The notes beneath the pieces were generated by a model. The model worked only from the letters and a program-made list of their open reading frames with translations, had not been told where the DNA came from and did no database searches. The position numbers were made by a program, and so were the translations under genes. 64,000 nt of DNA from Halobacteriovoraceae bacterium (GTDB lineage: Bacteria > Bdellovibrionota > Bacteriovoracia > Bacteriovoracales > Bacteriovoracaceae), in contig CAVRCF010000001.1 of assembly GCA_963719505.1 (NCBI GenBank), positions 288,001-352,000 on the forward strand, read 5' to 3'. Shown here piece after piece: positions 19,098 to 27,094 of this stretch; position 1 is the stretch's first letter; each line of letters starts with the position of its first letter.

Positions 19098-19646
19098 ATG
19101 CCAGCTCCTACGAAAGCTTATATCATTAGTCGCTTCAACTCAGTGGTAGCTTCACTACCTTCACGTAACAACGCAACCTATCATGCAGGAAACTTTCCCA
19201 ATATCGCACAACGGACAAGACTTGGAGCTTTTCCACTTGGCTCGAGAACAGAGCCAAATAAAACTGTTGCTGATATAGGTGTTACTGGAATGATGGCGAC
19301 AAATATATTTGAAATACTACACAACCTTGCGATGGAACTAACACGCGTCAGAAAAGCGAGGAATGTGCACTTAGTTGACAACAGATCTGACAATGGGGCT
19401 GTTCATGCAGTTGTAGGCTCACCCACACTAACGGCTCTACATCCAAGGCATGCTCAGTACTTTGACTTTCCAGGAAGTCATAAAAACGTCGGAGACCAAA
19501 TAAATCTTTCAGAAATTGAATCTTTTCTAAGTAGTCTTAGAACACGAGTACAGTACATAAGAAGCAGTGATGATCATTTATTTGAAATCGTCTCTTGCCA
19601 CTCAAGTTGTCACTCTAGTTGCCACGGTTCAAGAGCGAGAAGGTAG
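19098..19646 (+). CDS. Candidate modified substrate/precursor protein with a C-terminal triple Cys-His repeat (SCHSSCHSSCHGSRARR)
   Basis: Repeat encoded at 19593-19643; these are the only three Cys in the protein. AGGA at 19085-19088 favours the ATG at 19098. It is the first gene of the rightward operon in the middle of the radical SAM cluster. Confidence 0.7.
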   Translation: MPAPTKAYIISRFNSVVASLPSRNNATYHAGNFPNIAQRTRLGAFPLGSRTEPNKTVADIGVTGMMATNIFEILHNLAMELTRVRKARNVHLVDNRSDNGAVHAVVGSPTLTALHPRHAQYFDFPGSHKNVGDQINLSEIESFLSSLRTRVQYIRSSDDHLFEIVSCHSSCHSSCHGSRARR

Positions 19647-19649
19647 AAA

Positions 19650-20378
19650 ATGCAAATGACTCACACAACAGCACCTTTATCAATGGAGCTTGTAAAAGAA
19701 CAATTTGAAAACAAAGAAATGACTTTTGTTATCAACTACAAAGAAAGTGAGCTTCAAGGAAAAAACCTTCTTGTCTATATTTCAAATCTTGAGCTCAATT
19801 GTGAAATTGATTTTCATTCGTGCTCTTTTGACAAAAGAGAAGAACTTATAAAAGAGTTTCTAAATGTTAATTGTATCAATAATATTAATTCACTTCGCCT
19901 CAATGCGGCTCATATTATTTTAGAGTTTATGGGTGTTGATTTCTCTGAAGAGATTCTCAACCCAGCTTTCTCAAAAAGTGAGATTCAAATTTTTATAAAA
20001 AATAATAAAGAAACTCTAGAAAAATGGAAAACATTTCTCCAATCAACTATGGTTTATAACCTTACATCTGTTAGTGCCGTTAATGAGGAATACAAGTTCG
20101 ATCAGATTTTCGAGACAGTTGATGACCCTTTTTATATCGGAAGAAATGTCGTCACACTCCTCTCTATTCCGACTTTTATGGAAAGGGTATACTCGATACC
20201 AGTGGAACAGGAGCTTTTTTATTTCAAGCAACAGTTTGAGGAGTGTATGTTTAAAGGCGAAAGTCTCTTTTATTATTTTTGTAACGAAGCAAACACTCCC
20301 TTTCTCATCTACAATATGCTCTTGACGGGTGATATGAGCATAGAAGAGCTTGAAGCAATTAAAACCCTAAAAGGCTAA
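19650..20378 (+). CDS. Hypothetical protein of the radical SAM cluster
   Basis: 242-aa ORF 3 nt after the Cys-His repeat gene; no recognisable motif. Confidence 0.75.
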   Translation: MQMTHTTAPLSMELVKEQFENKEMTFVINYKESELQGKNLLVYISNLELNCEIDFHSCSFDKREELIKEFLNVNCINNINSLRLNAAHIILEFMGVDFSEEILNPAFSKSEIQIFIKNNKETLEKWKTFLQSTMVYNLTSVSAVNEEYKFDQIFETVDDPFYIGRNVVTLLSIPTFMERVYSIPVEQELFYFKQQFEECMFKGESLFYYFCNEANTPFLIYNMLLTGDMSIEELEAIKTLKG

Positions 20379-20379
20379 A

Positions 20380-21474
20380 ATGTTCAATCTTTTTAACGGT
20401 ATCTATCTAGATCTGGCAGATCGGTTTACATCTAAATACGACTACCTAACTGTTTCGACGACCAAAACCTTTCACCCCGCTGCAAAATACATAGAACAAG
20501 ACTTTGGTGAATCTCCCGCTTTTGATGACTATCTTGAAGAGAATTTTGATGCAGATGAAGATCGCTTTTGGCAATCACTTATAAACAAAGAAAAAAAGAA
20601 AAGCTTTGTCATCTATACTGACAGTGAGCTCTACCACCGGCTTCAACTTACCTTTTTTAAGAATATCTTTCCAAAAAGTGAAATAGATCAACTGCATAGA
20701 CTCTACAATTTCTATGTTTACAACGAACATATTCGCTCTAAGTTACAAGAAAAAAGAGGGGGAGAAAACCTAAGAGTCGATACGAAACACCTTCCTCACT
20801 ATACAGAAGAGGAATTTGAGCAGAAGTTGAAACAGCTTCCGAAACATAAATCTCTCTACTCCATGGATAAAGCATCACTTTGTTTTGAATTTTTGTTCTT
20901 ACAATATGTCATAGAAAGAGACTGCGTTTATTCTGCATATTTTTTAAAAAGAGTAAAAGACTTGTCTTGGAAAAATTGGTTCGAAGAAATTGGAGAGATC
21001 AGAACAGAAATCATTAACGGATTCTATCAACTCGACAAGATTTTAGATGATTCAAAGTTTAGTCTCGATGAAAACCTAGACTCTTTTCTTGCTAAAAATA
21101 ATCTAGAATGGATCTCTGACCTGAATCTTTACGGAGTTAACCCCGATTACTTCAAAAGAACATACAAGCCCGATGACTTTCTTAAGATTATCAATGCAAA
21201 AGATAAAATTGAATTTTCTTCAGATCAAGACTTCTCGGATCGCCTCACTAATAACTTCAAGACGAAAATGGAATACCTTTTCAGCGAGCGCTATGAAGAT
21301 CTTCTTTTGCTAGATGTGAAAGATTCTATTGGATGCTCCTTTACCAAAGGACAAATGCAAGCCAAAGTTAACACCTTACTTTTAAGTTACTTGTATTCAG
21401 TGGTCGATGGAAGGAATAGTTTTTTTGGTGAGACTCTCACTCTATCTGAAACAAAGTTGAGTCAAGATGAGTAA
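20380..21474 (+). CDS. Hypothetical protein of the radical SAM cluster
   Basis: 364-aa ORF tightly coupled to both neighbours; no recognisable motif. Confidence 0.75.
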   Translation: MFNLFNGIYLDLADRFTSKYDYLTVSTTKTFHPAAKYIEQDFGESPAFDDYLEENFDADEDRFWQSLINKEKKKSFVIYTDSELYHRLQLTFFKNIFPKSEIDQLHRLYNFYVYNEHIRSKLQEKRGGENLRVDTKHLPHYTEEEFEQKLKQLPKHKSLYSMDKASLCFEFLFLQYVIERDCVYSAYFLKRVKDLSWKNWFEEIGEIRTEIINGFYQLDKILDDSKFSLDENLDSFLAKNNLEWISDLNLYGVNPDYFKRTYKPDDFLKIINAKDKIEFSSDQDFSDRLTNNFKTKMEYLFSERYEDLLLLDVKDSIGCSFTKGQMQAKVNTLLLSYLYSVVDGRNSFFGETLTLSETKLSQDE

Positions 21475-22471
21475 TCCTGTTATCCTACAAAAAAAATCTG
21501 GAGATGGTGAGCTATTCGTCAATCTTTTTGAATGGTGCAACTTGAATTGCGATTTTTGTTGGCAGGATCATAATGACTGGAGTGGAATTGAAACCATTGT
21601 AGAAAGAAGCGTTGATATATTAAGCGCTATACGCAGTAGCAAAGAACCTCATTTTATTGTTAACCTTATGGGCGGCGAGCTTTTTGCCGATAAAATCCCA
21701 GATCAAACAATTTATGATTATTACAATATGGTTGAGGCTGTCTTCACGCAGTTGCCACCGAAAAAAACTATTGAAGTAAACTGGGTCACGAACCTTGTCT
21801 TCACAAAACTAGAAAGACTACAAGAGCTAGTCAATAAAACTCGAGCACTTGGCATTCAAAGCCGTATAACCACCAGCTTTGATTTTACTGGTAGATTTAG
21901 AAAAGCTTCGCGTCTTCTTTTTGAAAATAATATTAGAAAACTTGGATCAGAGGTGGGGACTATTTCCGTTGTCCTTACAAAACCTAATATAGAGAAGATG
22001 ATAAAAAACGATGATTCTTTATTCAAGGAACTTTACGCCCAAGGATTCTATTTTTATTTTGATTACTACTCACCAGAGAATAATTTCAAAGAGATGCTTC
22101 CCACCGATACACAACTTCAAGAGGGCTTATTATTTCTTCTTAGAAACTATCCAAATGTGAATCCCATTCAATCTTGGATTAAAAATGAATCAAACCCCAT
22201 GAGTTGTCAGTCCTCTATCGTCATAGACAAAGATGGTGTTAAAGGCAAATGTAAATCACTCGTTCCAGAAAGCATTAAAGTTGTATTAAAAAGTGAAAGT
22301 CACGACAATACCAATGCTGTTATGGAAGATCGTTTTAGTAACAAATACGACTGCATTAGTTGTGAATTCTACAAACGCTGTGGCATGGGATGTTTTTTGC
22401 AGCATGACTTCGATGGTTTTGAAACTCTTAGTGAATGTCTTTATAAAGAAATTTTTAGGAATATAACTTAA
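21467..22471 (+). CDS. Radical SAM enzyme #4, paralog of #3
   Basis: LFEWCNLNCDFCWQDH, NLMGGELF, TSFDFTGR and CISCEFYKRCGMGCF...C. Confidence 0.93.
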   Translation: MSNPVILQKKSGDGELFVNLFEWCNLNCDFCWQDHNDWSGIETIVERSVDILSAIRSSKEPHFIVNLMGGELFADKIPDQTIYDYYNMVEAVFTQLPPKKTIEVNWVTNLVFTKLERLQELVNKTRALGIQSRITTSFDFTGRFRKASRLLFENNIRKLGSEVGTISVVLTKPNIEKMIKNDDSLFKELYAQGFYFYFDYYSPENNFKEMLPTDTQLQEGLLFLLRNYPNVNPIQSWIKNESNPMSCQSSIVIDKDGVKGKCKSLVPESIKVVLKSESHDNTNAVMEDRFSNKYDCISCEFYKRCGMGCFLQHDFDGFETLSECLYKEIFRNIT

Positions 22472-23073
22472 TGTTTAATAAAGAGGCCGTCGAAATTCAA
22501 TATAACTCAAATGGCACCGTCGAAGAATCCTTTCGAACTCGTTCAAAAGTTGGAGAAGAGCTCTTAACACAGGCTCTAGCTCGCTGCTGTCAATTCGCGA
22601 TAGATAAAAAAGAAATAGAACTTATCTCCTATGCACCAAATGATGATTTGTCCGTCAAAGACCAAGCAATAGCACTCGTTTTTAACTCCGCAATTAGACA
22701 GAGTTCCCACCTAAGTGACTACCACGTCATAAAAGTAATGAATAATAATGAGAGTGTCTTAAAATGCTATGACAATGATTTTTGGAGACACCCAAACATA
22801 CCTCTACCAGTAAACGCCAGGCTTGCCCAACAGTTCGGCATTGGATTTTATCCTGATAACGAGGAGATTGACATCTATGACATGTACTTTTTTCATCACT
22901 CCCTTGAGGCGGTAGAAGATCACTTTAACCTTAATCTTAACCTACCAGATTTTGTTAAGGCTTATGGCTTCGGCCTCTATGGTGTTAGTTACAACTCAAA
23001 TTTAGAGGCTTTAAAATTGAAGAGATATTTTTACCCAAGTGACCCGCAGCTCAATAATCCTCAAGACCTATAG
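22471..23073 (+). CDS. Hypothetical protein of the radical SAM cluster
   Basis: 200-aa ORF with a TAATG stop/start overlap with radical SAM #4. Confidence 0.7.
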   Translation: MFNKEAVEIQYNSNGTVEESFRTRSKVGEELLTQALARCCQFAIDKKEIELISYAPNDDLSVKDQAIALVFNSAIRQSSHLSDYHVIKVMNNNESVLKCYDNDFWRHPNIPLPVNARLAQQFGIGFYPDNEEIDIYDMYFFHHSLEAVEDHFNLNLNLPDFVKAYGFGLYGVSYNSNLEALKLKRYFYPSDPQLNNPQDL

Positions 23074-23673
23074 CAATCGAACTCCGACACTAAGTGTATA
23101 TCGATCTTTTTCAAAAGAATGAAAAGGTGTAGTTTTATGTTGAATATTCGATTTGCTTAAGTCCATCACGATAACATCAAAGTCAGCTGGAAGAAAACTA
23201 ACCTCTAGTCCTGTTGATTTGTCTCTAAAGGAAATGATGCCACCATCCTTTTTTTCGAGTGCAATTGGAATATGATAAATTAAAATCGTAAAGTCATCAG
23301 TAAATCTATCCCTACCATCGTTATCTGAATGCCACTCATTTCCAGCAGAACCATTCCAAACAGTTACACCCGATATTGTGTATCTTTTTAGGCCTATAAA
23401 TGTTGACGCATGTTTCTTTAAAAATTCCTCTACCCACCCTATAAAAGATGCATCTAGGTTTTTATCCTGAATAGAATCTAAGTCTGATTTATCCATTAGC
23501 GCTGCTAACTCAAAAGTTGATACAGGCACAGACTTCAGGTTAAACAAAGGAGATGATATCCACACGGAGGGATTAAAGAGTCCCCTAAATTTGCCTCTAT
23601 CCTCCAAGGGTAACCTGTAACGTGAATGTGCTAAATTTTTTACATCTTCAATAAGTTCCATCTTGTTTCCCAT
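23068..23673 (-). CDS. Fe(II)/2-oxoglutarate oxygenase
   Basis: WHSD (HxD), ILIY...DGGIISF and IQHKTTP...RYTLS; start shortened to MGNKMEL to avoid overlap with the divergent gene. Confidence 0.8.
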   Translation of the reverse strand: MGNKMELIEDVKNLAHSRYRLPLEDRGKFRGLFNPSVWISSPLFNLKSVPVSTFELAALMDKSDLDSIQDKNLDASFIGWVEEFLKKHASTFIGLKRYTISGVTVWNGSAGNEWHSDNDGRDRFTDDFTILIYHIPIALEKKDGGIISFRDKSTGLEVSFLPADFDVIVMDLSKSNIQHKTTPFHSFEKDRYTLSVGVRLL

Positions 23674-23729
23674 GTGTCCTATTATTGCATGAATTAGGGA
23701 ATATTGATATATTCTAAAAAAAGAGGGAT

Positions 23730-24806
23730 ATGCGCTTAGCCAAAGATATACAAATTTATTTAAAAACAACTGAGACCTGTAATCTTAACTGTAGTCATTG
23801 TTTCACAAGTGGAAGCAAAGGAAAAAAGATTTTCTTTAACCCCATAAAAACAGCGTCCTTTATTAAAAGTTTAAATAAGTCTGAGAATCTAAATTCGATG
23901 AGGATACTCTTTCATGGGGGAGAGCCTCTTTTAGCTCCAATAAAAGATCTTTATAATTTCTACGAAGAACTTCAAGACATCAAAAATATATCATTTGGTA
24001 TTCAAACAAACTTAGTATACAAGCTTAATCCCAAGAGGTTAAATTTTTTTAAAGATGTTTTAAAGCTAGAGGGGATTGGAACTTCATGGGATCCCAATAT
24101 TCGTTTTGGTTCAAATGGGTTAACAACAAAGGAACATGACCTTCACCTTTGGGAAACAAATATTAAAACTCTGGTAGATCTGGGTGCAGAAATAACCCTA
24201 ATGGTATCTCTATCAAGAGACGTAGTTGAATATTATGAGCCCAAGCAAATAATTGATTATGCTATTGAGCTTGGAATAAAGTATATACTTTTTGAAAGAA
24301 TAACGTTCGATGGGAATTCACAGGATAATGAAAATGTTCTTCCTTCCAACAAGAATTTAGACTTATGGATGCTTACTATGTACAAGCAAACACTAGAAGA
24401 TGATCGATTCTTAAAAATTGGAAATATGTTCCTAGACGAAATTGCTAGAAGCTATCTTCACGGAAACCACGTAGCGAATAGATGTAGAGGGTGTGAGCAA
24501 AAACTTATCACCATCAACGCCGATGGCACCCTCTCTGGTTGCCCCAACTCTGCCCCAACAAGTATTTGGGGTAGAATAGAAAAAGACCCAACCACCTTTA
24601 TTGCTTCACCTAAACGCACAGAGGCAATATGCAAAGAACAAATACGAAATTCCGTTTGCCTTACTTGTGAAGTAAATGACTTATGCAATGGCGACTGTTA
24701 CAAATTAAAATGGGATAAAGATATTTGTTCAGCTCCAAAAAGCTTATTTCAATTTCTCAAGACAACCGAAGGCTCTAAAAATTGCTCTAAGGTTCTCCTA
24801 ATATGA
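23730..24806 (+). CDS. Radical SAM enzyme #5 with a SPASM domain
   Basis: LKTTETCNLNCSHC, FHGGEPLL, QTN, and C..C...INADGTLSGC...CLTCEVNDLCNGDC...C. Confidence 0.95.
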   Translation: MRLAKDIQIYLKTTETCNLNCSHCFTSGSKGKKIFFNPIKTASFIKSLNKSENLNSMRILFHGGEPLLAPIKDLYNFYEELQDIKNISFGIQTNLVYKLNPKRLNFFKDVLKLEGIGTSWDPNIRFGSNGLTTKEHDLHLWETNIKTLVDLGAEITLMVSLSRDVVEYYEPKQIIDYAIELGIKYILFERITFDGNSQDNENVLPSNKNLDLWMLTMYKQTLEDDRFLKIGNMFLDEIARSYLHGNHVANRCRGCEQKLITINADGTLSGCPNSAPTSIWGRIEKDPTTFIASPKRTEAICKEQIRNSVCLTCEVNDLCNGDCYKLKWDKDICSAPKSLFQFLKTTEGSKNCSKVLLI

Positions 24807-25255
24807 AAGAGTGGAAGTTAAGACAACAAATTTTTTCTCGTATTTTTTCAGATAAAAACCTAGGGGATAATCTCGACGAACAAGTTATCATTGAAGAGTT
24901 TGACCAGGAATCTATTCTTAAAAGAGCTTTAGAATATCCTTTTTCGAACAATGCGATTTGCCACTATCCAGGCAAGTCTTTTGCTATTGCTATTATCTTT
25001 TCTCTTTTGCTAGAAAAGCACTTCGGCGATTCTAGATTTAGCTATCTCTCAGACCCTAACCTTTTTATGGGAGAGGACCCTTACTTCATACCCTATACTG
25101 ATAGTAGGGATCTTTACGATAAGATCCTGGAAAGTTTTCCGGTAGAGTCGATAGATAGACCTGAGTCTTATGGACAAGACTTCCAAAAGACAGTGAATTA
25201 TTTTATGATGGAGTACTTGTTTCATGATGACACAAAAATGTTCGCCCCTTCTTAG
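24803..25255 (+). CDS. Hypothetical protein of the radical SAM cluster
   Basis: 150 aa; ATGA overlap with radical SAM #5. Confidence 0.7.
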   Translation: MKEWKLRQQIFSRIFSDKNLGDNLDEQVIIEEFDQESILKRALEYPFSNNAICHYPGKSFAIAIIFSLLLEKHFGDSRFSYLSDPNLFMGEDPYFIPYTDSRDLYDKILESFPVESIDRPESYGQDFQKTVNYFMMEYLFHDDTKMFAPS

Positions 25256-25784
25256 TCCTAACCTCATTGATCAAATATTTTCTGATTCATGGCTCTATTC
25301 TGTTAATAGTTTTTTTATAATTGAGCCTCAGACAGGTTCTTATGATGAAAGGTTATTGAATGATAAAACTATGGTAGAGCAGGCTCAGCTGATCAAAGCA
25401 CAGTTTCTCTTAGGCTCAACGATAATAGTTAAAAACATCGAATCTTTTACTACCGAATTGAAGCGAAAATGTGAAGTCCTCGGCAAGGGGTCTATGGTTG
25501 ATGCACATATGTATTTGAATAAATTTAAAGAGTCTCTGTCTTTTGATTTCCACACTGACGAGACCGACGTTATCATCCACTTGGCTTATGGATTCAAAAA
25601 AATTGAAATTATCAAAGATGACATTGTTTCAACCCATACTCTTGCAGCTGGGGATGAATTATTCATTCCTAAAGGCTTAAAACACCGAGCGATTAATCTA
25701 GCACCATCTTGCTCTTTTAGTTTCGGTATCAAGGAAGATTCATTTTTTATTCCGGGAGGAATCACAAAGGATGACTTTTTTTAG
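25224..25784 (+). CDS. Cupin/JmjC-like oxygenase
   Basis: AHMY...SFDFHTDETDVII....GFK and LAAGDELFIPKGLKHRA, giving an HxD...H facial triad as in Cupin_4/ROX-type proteins. Confidence 0.8.
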   Translation: MMTQKCSPLLSPNLIDQIFSDSWLYSVNSFFIIEPQTGSYDERLLNDKTMVEQAQLIKAQFLLGSTIIVKNIESFTTELKRKCEVLGKGSMVDAHMYLNKFKESLSFDFHTDETDVIIHLAYGFKKIEIIKDDIVSTHTLAAGDELFIPKGLKHRAINLAPSCSFSFGIKEDSFFIPGGITKDDFF

Positions 25785-25788
25785 GTAT

Positions 25789-25820
25789 TAAAAAGCTTCT
25801 CCTAAAAGAGAAGCTTTTTA
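25789..25820. terminator. Bidirectional intrinsic terminator closing the radical SAM block
   Basis: TAAAAAGCTTCTC-ctaaaa-GAGAAGCTTTTTA, a perfect 13-bp inverted repeat between convergent genes. Confidence 0.85.
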
Positions 25821-26720
25821 TTAAAATTGATATTCAGATTCTGTCGGTATTTGCTCAGATTCATTTCTAGCAAACTCTTCAGCAACCATGTCATCTTGAA
25901 AGTCCGCTTGGTTCTCAACCTGTACCTGGTCAAGCCTAACTTCTGGTGCAATATTCTGCACTGGCTGCGCTTGAGAGTATTCATCTTGAGATTGTTGCTG
26001 ATTCTGCTTGTCCATCTCCCAACTCTCCTGTGCTGTATAATAGTCATCACTATAAGCAACAGCTGTTTCACCGGCTTTAAACTCAAGTCTTGCTCCTGAG
26101 AATTGAGAATCATTTGTCAGTGTAATCATGTATGTTCCTTTTTTTACTTCATAGAACATTCCACTTTTCATCTCTCTTGTTTGTGGGTCTTCGTATTTAA
26201 AAACGTTACCAGCCATTCTCTCACGAGTATTAATCTCAATCGTTTTTCCACCTGGAAGATTGACATAGATTTCTTCAATTACTCCATCAACAGTTTTAGC
26301 TGATCCAGAGAAAGATCCCTTCTTCAGTGGTTTCTTATGGAAGACATTAGATAATTCAAGATCCATGTCACCTTTAATCGCTGGCTCAGGCATAATAGTC
26401 GTTTGTGCAACAGCCTTTACAGCTTTCTTCATTTTTCTTTCTGCTTTTTTAAACTTACCAGCAGCGATCGCTTTATTAGCTTTTACAATTTTCTTTTCAG
26501 CTTTCTTATTAAAGTTCGTCCAAGGAATACTAGATGCAGCCATCCTTCCTATAACGATCTCACCTCTTATCTCATCAAGTCTTTTTGTAAAGCTGATGCC
26601 CGAAGAGTCGGCCATGAAAGTATCATCTCCCATAATCATAGAATTATAACTCCCCATCGCTATCGCAGCAATAAGACTCAATGTTACAGTCCCTAGACTT
26701 AGTTTGTTTAATGCTCTCAT
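25821..26720 (-). CDS. Exported hypothetical protein with a Gln/Glu-rich tail
   Basis: N-terminal hydrophobic segment, GAGGAG RBS and codon usage typical of highly expressed genes. Confidence 0.75.
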   Translation of the reverse strand: MRALNKLSLGTVTLSLIAAIAMGSYNSMIMGDDTFMADSSGISFTKRLDEIRGEIVIGRMAASSIPWTNFNKKAEKKIVKANKAIAAGKFKKAERKMKKAVKAVAQTTIMPEPAIKGDMDLELSNVFHKKPLKKGSFSGSAKTVDGVIEEIYVNLPGGKTIEINTRERMAGNVFKYEDPQTREMKSGMFYEVKKGTYMITLTNDSQFSGARLEFKAGETAVAYSDDYYTAQESWEMDKQNQQQSQDEYSQAQPVQNIAPEVRLDQVQVENQADFQDDMVAEEFARNESEQIPTESEYQF

Positions 26721-26746
26721 TTTTCTCTCCTCGTTGCTTTATATGA

Positions 26747-26762
26747 TGCAACGAGCATGCCA
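26747..26762 (-). promoter_or_regulatory. Sigma-54 (-24/-12) promoter
   Basis: Minus strand reads TGGCATGCTCGTTGCA, matching TGGCAC-N5-TTGCW with one mismatch and exact GG/GC spacing. Confidence 0.8.
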
Positions 26763-26842
26763 AGAAATATGATATTTTTTTGAGGTGTAAGTTACTGGAT
26801 TTATATAGTTTTCAGTAGCTAGAGTGTAAATTTTCTAGCTAC

Positions 26843-26859
26843 TGTCTATTTTTTAGACA
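26843..26859. promoter_or_regulatory. Palindromic upstream activator site, a candidate bacterial enhancer-binding-protein site
   Basis: TGTCTA-TTTTT-TAGACA perfect palindrome about 80-100 bp upstream of the sigma-54 promoter. Confidence 0.6.
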
Positions 26860-26900
26860 AATTTGGGGTGGTCAGTTTTAGTTAAAAATAAGGCTCGGTC

Positions 26901-27092
26901 TTAAGGAAAATCGAGTTTAATTTTCATATAGTCTGCATGACTTGCTCTAAATCTCTTGATGGCTACGGCCACTAGATCTTCAACTTTGATCCCACTGTTG
27001 TCCGACATAAGTTGTAAATCTTCAACTAACTTCTTTTCAATTTTAACATTCAGGTCTGTTAATTCACCCTCATTGTGCGTTTGATCTTTCAT
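26901..27092 (-). CDS. Small protein, possibly ribbon-helix-helix
   Basis: 63 aa with LNVKIEKKLVEDL...SGIKVEDLVAVAIKRF, an RHH-like pattern. Confidence 0.5.
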   Translation of the reverse strand: MKDQTHNEGELTDLNVKIEKKLVEDLQLMSDNSGIKVEDLVAVAIKRFRASHADYMKIKLDFP

Positions 27093-27094
27093 CT

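Noticed and set aside
19596-19625. CHSSCH as a c-type heme-binding motif
   Set aside because: The spacing is CxxxCH with shared cysteines rather than CxxCH, and the protein has no export signal to reach the cytochrome c maturation machinery.
19098-19646. Assignment to the known His-Xaa-Ser (HxsA/B/C) or SCIFF/ranthipeptide systems
   Set aside because: The repeat period is 4 with Cys, not the HxS triplet. The protein is much longer than SCIFF peptides, and the five-rSAM plus oxygenase content does not match those systems.
14909-24806. Radical SAM genes as PQQ, heme d1, MoaA or anaerobic sulfatase maturation enzymes
   Set aside because: None of the partner genes (pqqBCD, nir/ahb, moaC, sulfatase) is present in the window.
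10963-25820. Intact prophage or integrative element
   Set aside because: There is no integrase, terminase, capsid, portal or transposase, and I found no flanking direct repeat or tRNA attachment site by eye.
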